Of a stretch of 64,000 bases of DNA, positions 12,001 to 24,247 are shown in pieces. The stretch comes from Octopus vulgaris. Taxonomy: Eukaryota. Position numbers and translations under genes: made by a program. Each line of letters opens with the position of its first letter. Position 1 is the first letter of the stretch. Location of the stretch: positions 24,986,001 to 25,050,000 of the forward strand of contig OX597839.1 of the NCBI GenBank assembly GCA_951406725.2. Direction: 5' to 3'. Under the pieces are notes generated by a model that was not told the DNA's origin, ran no database searches, and saw only the letters and a list, made by a program, of their open reading frames with translations.

Positions 12001-12544
12001 GCAACGGGGGGGGGGGGACCGGTTATAAAACGAAGCCAACTTGAAAATTACCATTTTAATAACGAGGTTAGAATTTGTGCCAAACACGTCTTTGAGCATC
12101 GAGTTTAAAAGTTCAATGCTGAGACAACATCTCAGTATGGAAGGATTTCCAAAGTTCACCAATAATTGGATTAATTCTTTCGACGTAGCCGTTCTTTGAT
12201 CGAAATTGTTCTTCTGCCAACAAAATAACGGAAATGGACGATTCTTTTGCCTCTGTTTTTTTTTTTTGTGGCTTATTTTTTGCATTTTTCTCCTTTTTTT
12301 GTTTTTTTTTGGCTTTAATATTTTTTTTTTTTGTAAACATTTTTTTTTAATTATGTGTTTGGTTTGTTTATCTGTTTTTGTTTTTGTTTTTTGCTTAGTT
12401 GATTTGTTTGTTTCTTTTTTTTTTCTTTCTTGGAGATGTTTCTTTTCCAAAAACGTATAACGATGTCTGTGAGAGTTAGATGTATGTCTTAGGGATATGG
12501 TGATTATCCTCTTTAATACACATGCACATATATATATGTGTATA

Positions 12545-12584
<40 letters not shown>

Positions 12585-12732
12585 TATGTATATAGGTGTG
12601 TATGTGTGTAGTTGCATGTATGCATATATGTATATGCATATGTGCGTGTGCGTGTGTGTGTATATATATATATATATATACACACAAATACACATATATG
12701 TATGTATACACCCGCACACATACACATGTATG

Positions 12733-12782
<50 letters not shown>

Positions 12783-13109
12783 AATACACATATATGTATA
12801 TATATATATCCTCTCTTTTTTTTTTTCTTTCTGTCTGGGAAATTGAGACAAAGTAAACAAAGAAAAAAAAAAACGGGGAAAAAAACATACCAAAATCTAA
12901 CAATAATAATAATAATGATCGTTTGTGTTATAAGTACAAAGCTTGAAATTTTGTGGGGAGTGGGTAAGCTGACTACTTTGACCCCAGTACACAACTTGTA
13001 CTTGTTATTGACCCTGAAAGGATGAAAGGTCAAGTCAACTTTGGCAGAATCTGAGCGTAAAGATGGACGTAATGCTGCCAGGCATTTTGACCAGCTTGCC
13101 AACAATTCT

Positions 13110-13427
13110 TATTTCTTTATTGCCCACAAGGGGCTAAACACAGAGGGGACAAACAAGTTCAGACACACGGATTAAGTCGATTACGTCGACCCCAGTGCAT
13201 AACTGGTACTTGTTTCATCGACCCTGAAAGGATGAAAGGCAAAGTCGACCTCGGCAGAATTTGAACTCAGAACGTAACGGCAGACGAAATACCTATTTCT
13301 TTATTACCCACAAGGGGCTAAACACAGAGGGGACAAACAAGGACAGACATAGGTATTAAGTCGATTACATCGATCCCAGTGCGTAACTGGTACTTAGTGG
13401 CAGACGAAATACCGCTACGCATTTCGC
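13110..13427 (-). mobile_element. SINE family C dimer nested in an older related copy
   Basis: Junction aaatag|gtatttcgtc near 13292; flanking direct repeat ccagcttgccaacaattct. Confidence 0.8.
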
Positions 13428-13496
13428 CCAGCTTGCCAACAATTCTGCCAGCTCACTGCCTTAAAAAGTGATAATAATAATAATGATGATGATAAT

Positions 13497-14035
13497 CGTC
13501 ATCATCATTTAGCATCCGCTTTCCATGCTAGCATGGGTTGGATGGTTCAACAGGGGTCTGGGAAGCCAGAAGGCTGCACCAGGCCCCAGTCTGATCTGGC
13601 AATGTTTCTACGGCTGGATGCCCTTCCTAACGCCAACCACTCCGTGAGTGTAGTGGGTGCTTTTTACGTGCCACCCGCACAGGTGCCAGACGGAGCTGGC
13701 AAACGGCCATGGTTGGATGGTGCTTTTTACGTGCCACCGGCGCAGGGCCAGGCGAGGCTGGCAAACGGCCATGGTCGGATGGTGCTTTTTACGTGCCACC
13801 GGCGCAGGGCCAGGCGAGGCTGGCAAACAGCCATGGTCGGATGGTGCTTTTTACGTGCCACCGGCGCAGGGCCAGGCGAGGCTGGCAACGGCCATGATCG
13901 GGTGGTGCTTTTTACGTGCCACCGGCACGGAGGCCCATCGGGGTGGTGCTGGCAACAGCCATGTTTGGATGGTTCGCTTACATGTCACCGGCACTGGTAT
14001 CACAGCTGCAATTTCCATTGATGTTGATCGATTTC
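13497..14035 (-). mobile_element. RTE-related short retroposon, family D, with internal 62 bp tandem array
   Basis: ggcgttaggaagggcatccagccgtagaaac motif and (ATG)n tail; 62 bp unit at 13718, 13780, 13842, ~13903. Other copies near 39070, 39715, 45500, 58730, 59740, 63920. Confidence 0.75.
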
Positions 14036-14725
14036 GATAATAACAATAATAATAATCTACTATAATGATACACTTATGTTTTTCTCCATCACAACATATG
14101 AATGAGAAAGGAAGGGGTGATAGATGAATAGGGAAGGAAGGGGTGATGGCAAACTTGGTAGTGGAATGATGGAAGTCCTATGGTGGAAAAAAGAAAAATC
14201 AAACGGCGTTTCAACTCTGCCTGAGTACATGTGTGTGTATTTAAAAGGGAGTCATGTGTATGTGTGTGTGTGCAACGGAAGTGGGATGGTAAACATTCAA
14301 TGCTGAAAAGAAAAATCAAACAGCATTTCAACTCTGGGCGAGTATATGTATGTGTGTGTACAAAGGAAGTATGTGAATGTTTGTACGTATGATTATTATG
14401 TACCTTATTTTGTACCTTATTTAGATACAAAATACTACAATTAGCTGTCATTTTTGATGGCACAGGAACAGCTAGGGATAATAATAATAATAATAATAAT
14501 ATATTTCTTTTCTACCCACAAGGGGCTAAACAAGGACAGACATAGGTATTAAGTCGATTACATCGACCCCAGTGCGTAACTGGTACTTATTTAATCGACC
14601 CCAAAAAGATGAAAGGCAAAGTCAACCTCGGTGGAATTTGAACTCACAACGTTGCGACAGACGAAATACCGCTAAGCATTTCGCCCGGTGCGCTAACATT
14701 TCTGCCATCTCGAATAATAATAATA

Positions 14726-15640
14726 AACTAGAGATATTGACAGAGTGAGAGGCTAGCAAAATCCTCTGGGTTTCCCCAATTCAAACAGATCAGATTCTAG
14801 AGCATAACAGACCAAACTTAGTGCTGGTAGACAAGGTGCACCCCATGTACTATATAGTTGATGTTGCATGCCCCTTTGACCCACAAATAGTCAAGAAGGA
14901 AGGTGGAAAAATAGATAGATACAGCCCTCTTAAGTACGAAATAGCCTGGCTATGGAAAATGAAGAAGGTGAAGATAGTGCCAATTATTGTTGGGTCTTTG
15001 GGGGACAGTATCAGAAGGCATCAAGGGGAATATCAAGGAAATTGGAATAGAGTGCCCAGTAGAACTGTTGCAAAAGGTTTGTTTGCCTCCTTGGCACGGC
15101 CAGAGTAATCAAGAAAGTATTAGGTAGCTGAGTGGAGGCGCAATGGCCCAGTGGTTAGGGCAGCGGACTCGCGGTCATAGGATCGTGGTTTCGATTCCCA
15201 GACCGGGCGTTGTGAGTGTTTATTGAGCAAAAACACCTAAAAGCTCCACGCGGCTCCGGCAGGGGATGGTGGTGATCCCTGCTGTACTCTTTCACCACAA
15301 CTTTCTCTCACTCTTACTTCCTGTTTCTGTTGTACCTGTATTTCAAAGGGCCGGCCTTGTCACTCTCTGTGTCACGCTGAATATCCCCGAGAACTACGTT
15401 AAGGGTGCACATGTCTGTGGAGTGCTCAGCCACTTACACGTTAATTTCACGAGCAGGCTGTTCCATTGATTCGGATCAACCGGAACCCTCGTCGTCGTAA
15501 CCGACGGAGTGCTTCCAATCCAATTAGGTAGCTGAAAAGAATGGATAGCATGGTACCGTTAGACTATTGGTAGTAAGCCCACTATGCTTGCAAGACTCCT
15601 GGAGCTCCAACAAAACCTGTGATAAAAAGAAATAATAATG
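14726..15640 (+). mobile_element. R4/Dong-clade non-LTR element 3' fragment (restriction-like endonuclease), split by a SINE
   Basis: QTDQILEHNRPNLVLVDK...IVDVACPFD..IVKKE..KIDRY..LKYEI..LWKMKKVKIVPIIVGSLG; flanked by (TAA)n. Confidence 0.8.
15132..15522 (+). mobile_element. tRNA-derived SINE, family B
   Basis: A-box tggcccagtggttagg, B-box ggtttcgattcc; 13 bp TSD attaggtagctga (15119-15131 / 15523-15535). Confidence 0.92.
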
Positions 15641-15847
15641 ATAATCCCTTCTACTAAAAGCACAAGGCCTGAAATTAGGCGGGAAGGGGTAAGTTAATTA
15701 CATCGACCCCAGTATTTCACTGGTGCTTATTTTATTGACCCCGAAAGGATAAAAGGCAAAGTTGACCTCAGCGGAATTTGAACTCAGAACGTAAAGACAG
15801 ACAAAATACTGCTAAGCATTTCATCCAGTATGTTAACAATTCTGCCA

Positions 15848-16244
15848 GGGTGGGGGGGGGGAAAGCACTCCGTCGGTTACGACGACGAGGGTTCCGGTTG
15901 ATCCGAATCAACCGAACAGCCTGCTTGTGAAATTAACGGGCAAGTGGCTGAGCACTCCACAGACACGTGTACCTTTAACATAGTTCTCGGGGATATTCAG
16001 CATGACACAGAGAGTGACAAGGCCGGCCCTTTGAAATACAGGTACAACAGAAACAGGAAGTAAGAGTGAGAGAAAGTTGTGGTGAAAGAGTACAGCAGGG
16101 ATCACCACCATCCCTACTGGAGCCTTGTGGAGCTTTAGGTGTTTTCGCTCAATAAACACTCACAACGTTCGGTCTGGGAATCGAAACCACGATCCTACGA
16201 CCGCGAGTCCGCTGCCCTAACCACTGGGCCATTGCGCCTCCACT
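15848..16244 (-). mobile_element. SINE family B
   Basis: Reverse complement of the 15132 copy; TSD acaattctgcca (15836-15847 / 16245-16256). Confidence 0.92.
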
Positions 16245-16685
16245 ACAATTCTGCCAACTTGCTGCCTGAATAATAATAATAACCACAACAGTTTCAAATT
16301 TCACCACAAGGGCAGCAATTTTGGGGTCAGGAGATGAGCCAGTTAAATCAACCCCAGTGTTTAACTGGTACTTGTTTTAACAACCCCCGAAAGGACGAAA
16401 GGCAAAGTTGACCTCAGTGGAATTTGAGCTCAGAGCACAAAGACGGACGAAGTCCCGCTAAGCATCTTGTCCAGCATGCTAACGATTCTTCTCGCTCACC
16501 ACCTTGATTTTAATAACCCTTCCTACTAATGGCACAATGCCTAAAATTTAAGGCGACGAACTGACAGATGTTGGCACGCAGGGCAAAATGCTTAGCTACA
16601 TTTCATCTGTCTTTATGTTCTGAGTTCAAATTCCGCTGAGGTCGACTTAGCCTTTCATCCTTTCGGGGCCAATAAATTAAGTACC

Positions 16686-17280
16686 TATTTCTTTATTACC
16701 CACAAGGGGCTAAACACAGAGGGTACAAACAAGGACAGACATAGGTATTAAGTCGATTACATCGACCCCAGTGCGTAACTGGTACTTAATTTATCGACCC
16801 CGAAAGGATGAAAGGCAAAGTCGACTTCGGCGGAATTTGAACTCACAATGTAACGGCAGACGAAATACCTATTTCTTTATTACCCACAAGGGGCTAAACA
16901 CAGAGGGGACAAACAAGGACAGACATAGGTATTAAGTTGATTACATCGATCCCAGTGCGTAACTGGTACTTAATTTATCGACCCCGAAAGGATGAAAGGC
17001 AAAGTCGACTTCGGCGGAATTTGAACTCAGAACGTAACGGCAGACGAAATACCTATTTCTTTATTACCCACAAGGGGCTAAACACAGAGGGTACAAACAA
17101 GGACAGACATAGGTATTAAGTCGATTACATCAACCCCAGTGCGTAACTGGTACTTAATTTATTGACCTCGAAAGGATGAAAGGCAAAGTCGACCTCGGCA
17201 GAATTTGAACTCACAACGTAACACAGACGAAATACCGCTAAGCATTTTGCCCGGTGTGCTAACGTTTCTGCCAGCTCGCC
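16686..17280 (-). mobile_element. SINE family C trimer (184 bp units)
   Basis: Units start at 16684, 16868, 17052; one 5' head; one TSD taaattaagtacc (16673-16685 / 17281-17293). Confidence 0.9.
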
Positions 17281-18669
17281 TAAATTAAGTACCAGTTGCG
17301 TACTGGGGTCGATCCAATCAACTACCTCACTCCCCCAAAATTTCGGGTCTTATGCCTAGAGTAGAAAAGATTTATTAATAATAATCTAAATGGTTTCTAG
17401 AATGCAAAAGTTCCAATAACGGTAAATTGGCAAAGGTAGCAGATGGTGTAGATTTATTGATGAAAAACTGATCTGTTGTTGATTGCAGCCATTAGGAAAT
17501 CATGGATTTGATGTGGCCAGAGGAAGGAGGAGGAGGAGAAAGAATGGGGTTGGTGGGTATGGGGATATGAGGGGGAGAGGTGGTGGGAGGTGCTTGTGGG
17601 CGGGGAGAGAGAGAGAGAGTGATGGGAAATGAGGTGGGTGGGGAGGAAGAGGAAGAGAGAAAAGGTAGAAAGAGAGAGAGAGAGGAAGAAGAGGGAGGGA
17701 GGGAGGAGAATGAAAGAGAGGGTGAAGAAGAGAGAGGGAGAAAGAAAGAGAGTGATGGGAAATGAGGTGGGTGGGGAGGAAGAGGAAGAGAGAAAAGGTA
17801 GAAAGAGAGAGAAGAGGGAGGGAGGAGAATGAAAGAGAGGGTGAAGAAGAGAGAGGGAGAAAGAAAAAAAGAGAAAGAGAGAGTGGTGGGAGGAAAATAG
17901 ACGGGGAGAGAAGTAGGAGAAAGATAGAGGGATAGACAGAGATGGAGAGAAATAGAAAGAAGGCGAGAGGTAGAGGGAGAGAGAGAGGGAGGGAGGAAGA
18001 GAAAGAGAGAAAGCTAAAGGAGAAAGAGGAGAGAGAGACAGGACGACAATGATGGTTGCAGCTAAGCGACTGCACAGATGCAAGTGCTGCACAGCGGCGC
18101 ATGGCTTTTTTCTTTTCTTTATATTTTTCCCATTTGAATTGCAAGACCATGAAAACCAATCCATCCTTGCCTGTCCAGTCAAGCATGAGTTATTGAGTTA
18201 TGACAGCAAAGATTTTTCTACTTGCGGGTTATTAGGGAGGGGAGAGGGGGGGGAGAAGAAGGAATCTTCTTTTCATTGTTTTTTTTTAATTTTGTTTTAT
18301 GTGTTTTTTTTTTTTATATATACTTATTATTTATATTTTGTATATATTCTTTACTTATTTATTATTTACCATTTTATATATTTTTACATTTTTTTTTATT
18401 TATTTTCCCTGCATTTTTTTACCTATATTGTTTTTTTTACTTATTTTGATTTATTTATTTCATATATGTAATGTATTTATTGTTTTTGCATGATAATCAA
18501 AATCAGATATCAACCACTACCACCACAACCACCACCACCACCACAACAACAACAACAACTGATTCACCTTATGCCACTATCATGGAACTACAGTTGTCCA
18601 GGAATTCTTCTTCTTTGGAACAGCCTGCTCGTGAAATGAACTTGCAAGTGGCTGAGTACTCCACAGACA

Positions 18670-18888
18670 TTTTTCTTTTACTCTTTTATTTGTTTCAGTC
18701 ACTTTGATGCAGCCATGCTGGAGTACCGCCTTTAGTCAAACAAATTGACCCCAGGACTTGTTCTTTGTAAGCCTAGTGCTTATTTTATCAATCTCTTTTG
18801 CCAAACTGCTAAATTTTGGGGATGTAAACACACCAACATCGGTTGTCAAGCGATGGTGGGAGGGGGAAACACAGACACAAACAAATAA

Positions 18889-18923
<35 letters not shown>

Positions 18924-19075
18924 ACAGGATTCTTTCAGTTTCCATCTAACGAATCCACTCAAGGCTTTGGTCAGCCCAAAGCTATAATAGAAGACACTTG
19001 CCAAAGGTGCCACGCAGTGGGACTGAACCCAGAACCATGTGGTTGGGAAGCAAGCTTCTTACCAAACAGCTACTC
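18670..19075 (-). mobile_element. SINE family A, diverged
   Basis: Reverse-complement match to family A. Confidence 0.8.
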
Positions 19076-19079
19076 ACTC

Positions 19080-19885
19080 CTAATGTAGTTCTCTGGGAGA
19101 TTCAGCAAGACACAGAATGAGACAAGGTTGGCCCCTTTTCAATTACTGGTACAACTCATTTTTGCCAGCTGAGTGGACTGAAGCAATAAAGTGAAATAAA
19201 GTGTCTTGCTCAAGGACACAACCCACTGCCAGGAGCTGAACTCATGGCCTTGACCACTAAGCCAGGTGCCTTTGGTAACTCCATCAGTTATATGATCAAT
19301 GGAAGAGCCTGCTTGTGAAAGGAATTTGCAAGTGGCTGAGTACTCCACAGACATCCACACTCTTAACATAGCTCTTAGGGAGATTCAGCATGACACTGAA
19401 AGTGACAAGGCTGGCCCCTTTTCAATTACTGGTACAACTCATTCTTGCCAGATGAGTGGACTGGAGCAATAAAGTGAAATAAAGTGTCTTGCTCAAGGAC
19501 ACAACCCACTGCCAGGTATCGAACTCACAACCTTACGATTGTGAGCTGAACACCTTAACCATACACCTTCACAAAACCTGGCACTTCATCGGTTGTGAGG
19601 AGGGTTCTACTTGACTCGATCAACAGAACAGCCTGCTCATGAAATTAACATGCAAGTGGCTGAGTACTCCACAGACACATGTACCCTTAACACAGTTCTC
19701 AAGGAGATACAGCATGACACAGAATGAGACAAGGCTGGCCCCTTTTGAATTACAAGTATGACTCATTTTTGCCAGCTGAGTGGACTGTAGCAATAAAGTG
19801 AAATAAAGTGTCTTGCTCAAAGACACAGTGTGCCGCTGGGAATTGAACCCATGACCTTACCCTGACCACTTATCTACATGCCTTC
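19080..19885 (-). mobile_element. Three diverged SINEs with a family-E-like core and a family-B-like tail
   Basis: gtccttgagcaagacactttatttcac..cagtccactcagctg core followed by gggccagccttgtcac..ctgtggagtactcagccacttgc. Confidence 0.7.
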
Positions 19886-20086
19886 ACTTCCTGAAATTAA
19901 CAAATAAACCACAAGAACTGCTACCTAACTTTGGCTATTTGATGTGTTTGGTAAAATTGTTAGAGAAAGTGTTTTTTGGTATTTATTCTGAGTTTAGAAG
20001 TAGGGACTTAATCCCACACCAACCATCACATATAGTGGGTTTTGATTGCCCTGTATGGTACCCTAATTAGCTTCCCTCTTCCTTAA

Positions 20087-20450
20087 TCCTTTAGCTTTCT
20101 GATTTCTCTGTCAAATGTAATCCTTATTTATTCACATTGTTTTGAATTAATCATAGATTATCTCATAGCTTTGAGATTTCAATGATGAATTTTTAACATA
20201 TATTTAAAATAACATTGTAGGGTAAGTGTGACAGGCTGGATATGGCCAGTTTGGGCATAAAACATACAATATTTAATATATTGTTTTGACATAGTCATGC
20301 ATTAACTTGTAATTTTGAGATTTCAATGATGTAATTGTTTATTTTTAGAATGACATTGTAGGGTAGGTGTGAGAGGCAGGATCTGGCCAGTTTGAACATA
20401 AAACAGGTAGAATATTTGGTCCAGATATAGCCAGTTTAAATGCCAAAGGA
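20087..20450. mobile_element. piggyBac-type MITE (old)
   Basis: TTAA|TCCTTTAGC ... GCCAAAGGA|TTAA; internal ~150 bp duplication. Confidence 0.7.
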
Positions 20451-20588
20451 TTAAATCTAACATAGGTGCAGGCATGACTGTGTGGTAACAAGCTTACCTC
20501 CTAACCACATGGTTCTGGGTTCAGTCCCACTGTGTGGCACCTTGGGCAAGTGTCTTCTACTATAGACGGAAACTGGAAGAAGCCCATC

Positions 20589-20679
<91 letters not shown>

Positions 20680-22186
20680 CATACACACTAGTGTGTGTGT
20701 ATCCATGTGTCTGTGTTTGTCCCCCTCCTACTGCTTGTCAACCGGTGTTGGTGTGTTTATGCTCTCTTGACTTAGTGGTTCAGCAAATGAGACTGAGAAA
20801 ATGAGTAGCAGGCTTAGAAAAAATGTGGTTTTGATTCGCTTGAGTTCTTCAAGGCAGTGCCCCAGCATGGCCACAGTCAAATAACTGAAACAAGTAAAAA
20901 AAATAAAAGGTAAGAAATATGGTGTGGTCATGGTTGGAATGCCTTTGATCTTTAGTCTACTTGATCCCAGTTGACCTGGGGTTAAACAACATGATCTCAT
21001 GTACAGAATCCATTGATTTCTATTTTAGGCAGAAAGTTAATCTTTAAAGGAAAAAGTCAGGTGTAAAATTAATCTGATCAGTCCCCAGTGTATAACTGGT
21101 ATCACTTTCATTGCCCCAAGAGGAGTAATGAAAGTCAGCCGTGACAGGATTTGAACATGAATCAGATAGTTTTAGGAGTCTAAGTACTGCAAGATGAGTA
21201 CAACTGAGTGAGTACTTTCAGACAAGTACTACAAGACGAGATGTATGAGGTGAGTACCACAGCAGAAGTAGTTTGAAATGAGTACTATGAGGTGAGTACC
21301 ACAATGCAGGTACTTTGTGATGAGTTCTACAAGATGAGTAGTTTGCTATGAGTATCAAAGTACAAGTAGTTTGAGATAAGTACCACAGTATGAGTACAAG
21401 GGATGAACAACACTATGATACAAGTACAATGAGATGAGTACTGTCATATGAGTAATTTGAGATGAGTACGACAAAATGAGTACTATAATACAAGTACAAT
21501 GAAATGAGTACAAGGAGATTAGTCCTAGTATCATTCGTATGTCTTTGCTAAGACTCAGTGTCATTCAAACGAATAAAAATCAACCAAAATGCAAATTCGG
21601 TCATCTTAGTACCAAGCCAAAGGAATTCTTTGTTCCTTGTGTTTTGCGTTCAGGGTGCCACAACCGATTTTCCTAAATACTTAAATGTCAGCTCGGTCTG
21701 GTTCTAGTGTCACGAAGCCAAACTCATCCTATCCCTATCAGAGATTCTAACCATTGTGTAAAATTCTACATACATTATAAGAAACTGTACAAAATTCCTC
21801 ATTAATCTGAAGACAATTTCAATCAACAAACTCTACTCAAAAGACATTCTGCTGTTTTGTCAAAGATGTTGTACGTTTTATTTACCAAACCCATCTAACT
21901 GAAATAGATTCTTCAAATCAAGATTGTTGCAAACAAGTTTAGAATAAACAACGCCAACAATTATTTTCGGTCAATTCCTACTGTCTGCCTCAGTTATTTT
22001 TACCGATTTTTATTCCTTTCTTAGTTTTCTTTTGTGTCTCAGGAATTCTTTGTTCTGTGAAGAATCCTGATGATAACGAATGAAAGCAAGACTAAAAATG
22101 CTATTCACTGCCATTCTCTCTCTCTCTCTCTCTTGCTCTCCCTCTCTCTTGCTCTCTCTCTCTCTCTCTCGCTCTCTCTTGCTCTC

Positions 22187-22225
<39 letters not shown>

Positions 22226-22589
22226 CTCTTGCTCTCTATCTATCTATCTATCTCCACCCACCTCCATCCACTTGGAATTGGTTTAATATCTGCAAGTATT
22301 GCATTAACACGGCTTTATTGTTGTTGTTGTTGTTGTTGTTCTTTTTGGCTTTTTTTTTGTTTTTTTTTATTCCCCTTCTGTCTGTGATGAAGGCCATTCT
22401 CAAAGTACTGCATTGTTTGAGGTGAATAAATACCTGCAAGATAGAGAGAGTGCAGGGGAAGGAGTGGGATAGAGAGAGAGAGAGAGAGAGGGAAAGAGAG
22501 AGACTGATAGCCAGAGACGCAGAGAGAAAGAGAATGAGAGGAAGAGAGAGAGAGAGAGAAAGGGGTTGAAAAGGTTGACAGCTGCATTG

Positions 22590-22776
22590 CCAGATTGATA
22601 GACAAGACAGACAGACAGGCAGGTACATAGATTGATAAATAGACAGATATAGATAGATAGATGGATGGATGGATAGATAGATAGATAAATGGATAGATAG
22701 ATAAATGGACAGATAGATATAGATAGATAGATAGATAGATAGATAAATAGACAGATAGATAGATAAATAGACAGAC

Positions 22777-22807
<31 letters not shown>

Positions 22808-22837
22808 CACAGACATAGATAGATAGACAGACAGACA

Positions 22838-22869
<32 letters not shown>

Positions 22870-22888
22870 TAGATAGATAGACACAGAC

Positions 22889-22919
<31 letters not shown>

Positions 22920-23130
22920 TAGATAGATAGACAGACAGACAGACAGATAGATAGATAGACACAGACATAGATAGATAGATAGACAGATAGATATAGATAG
23001 ACAGACAGATAGATATAGATAGACATAGATAGACAGACAGACAGATAGATAGATAGATATAGATAGATAGACAGACAGATAGATATAGATAGATATAGAT
23101 AGACAGATAGATAGAGAGAGAGAGAGACAT
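22590..23130. repeat. (GATA)/(GACA) compound microsatellite
   Basis: Directly visible. Confidence 0.95.
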
Positions 23131-23304
23131 GTATGTGAGAAAAAGAAAGGATAGCTAAACAGATAGATAAAAAGATAGTGGTAGGTAGATAAGTAGATAG
23201 CTTGATGGACAGATAGACAGACAAATAGATCGGCTAGAAAGATATATATATATAAGGAGAGAGAGATCAATTTATGGATACATAGAAACATATATATACC
23301 CATA

Positions 23305-23335
<31 letters not shown>

Positions 23336-24209
23336 GCATGGAGAAGGCAAGATCTTTGTTGAAGACTGTGAGATGCCATCTCCTTCTTCTTCATATTTAC
23401 ATATCATTCCTAATGACTGAGAGATTCTTCAAGAAACCATATCACTGCAAATTCTTCTGTCACAAACGGTCCATGTTAATTCATTCTGAAGCAGCAGATT
23501 TTTAACTTAGACTGGAGCATCATGGGTAAAAAAAACACACGCCTCCCCCCATCCCACCTCTCTCACAAACACACTTATACACACTGAAACGGTGTCATAA
23601 TGGGTAACTGTTCTCTCTTTCTGTCACTCTCGCATATACATATGCACATATAAACACACACACACACATATACATATATATATATAGACACACACACATA
23701 TGTACATAACCACAGACACACACACACACGTATACAGACATGTATGCACATATATACACACATGTACATATATACGTATGAACATACACAGACACACATA
23801 TACATATCCACATATACATGCACACATGTATGAACATATATATATATACACGTATACATACAGATATATATATATGTATATATGTACATATATATATATA
23901 TCCCTCTCTCTCTCTTTCGGAGAGGCACTGAGTAGCTATACGCACACATACACACACGGCAGTAACTTCCACCTACCGAATTCAATCACAAAGCTCCGGT
24001 CGGCTCGAGGCTATAGTGGAAGACACCTACTCAAAGTGCCACGCAGTGGGACTGAACCCGAAACCATGTAACTAGGAAGCAAGCTCCCTAACCACACAGC
24101 CATGCCCATATATACATAACGGGAAGGTTTACGAAAATAAACAAAAGACAAAGGCAGGTGGAGTCCAAACAAACAAATGTATTAGTATGGCGCTCAGGAA
24201 TAGAAAAAG

Positions 24210-24247
24210 TCTTTTACGTTTCGAGCATACGCTCTTCAACAGAAAGA
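24210..24247 (-). ncRNA. Minimal hammerhead-like motif (A6U core variant)
   Basis: tcttt-CTGTTGA-a gagc gtat gctc-GAAA-cg-TA-aaaga; palindromic ACGT in place of stem III. Confidence 0.6.

Noticed and set aside
11359-12903. 514 aa His/Cys-rich ORF and overlapping Pro-rich and Val/Ala-rich ORFs
   Set aside because: Open only because a 15-mer/triplet minisatellite and TA/CA repeats lack stops in several frames; no domain or splice context.
13655-13990. Regularly spaced repeats suggesting CRISPR (also 21180-21530)
   Set aside because: The units are contiguous tandem copies or irregular motifs without unique equal-length spacers; eukaryotic context, no cas genes.
15132-15205. tRNA-like sequences at heads of families A, B, C and E
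   Set aside because: They have A/B boxes but no complete cloverleaf, and continue into SINE bodies with TSDs; SINE heads, not tRNA genes.
15266-15469. Recurrent 67 aa ORF MVVIPAVLFHH.. (five copies) and recurrent MPRSGTEPGTMW peptides
   Set aside because: Translations of near-identical SINE copies, not a gene family.
22315-22433. Possible minus-strand terminal exon GIYSPQTMQYFENGL..QQQQ*
   Set aside because: The acceptor tract is just a (CT)n microsatellite and the tail is A-rich/(CAA)n repeat; no homology recognised.
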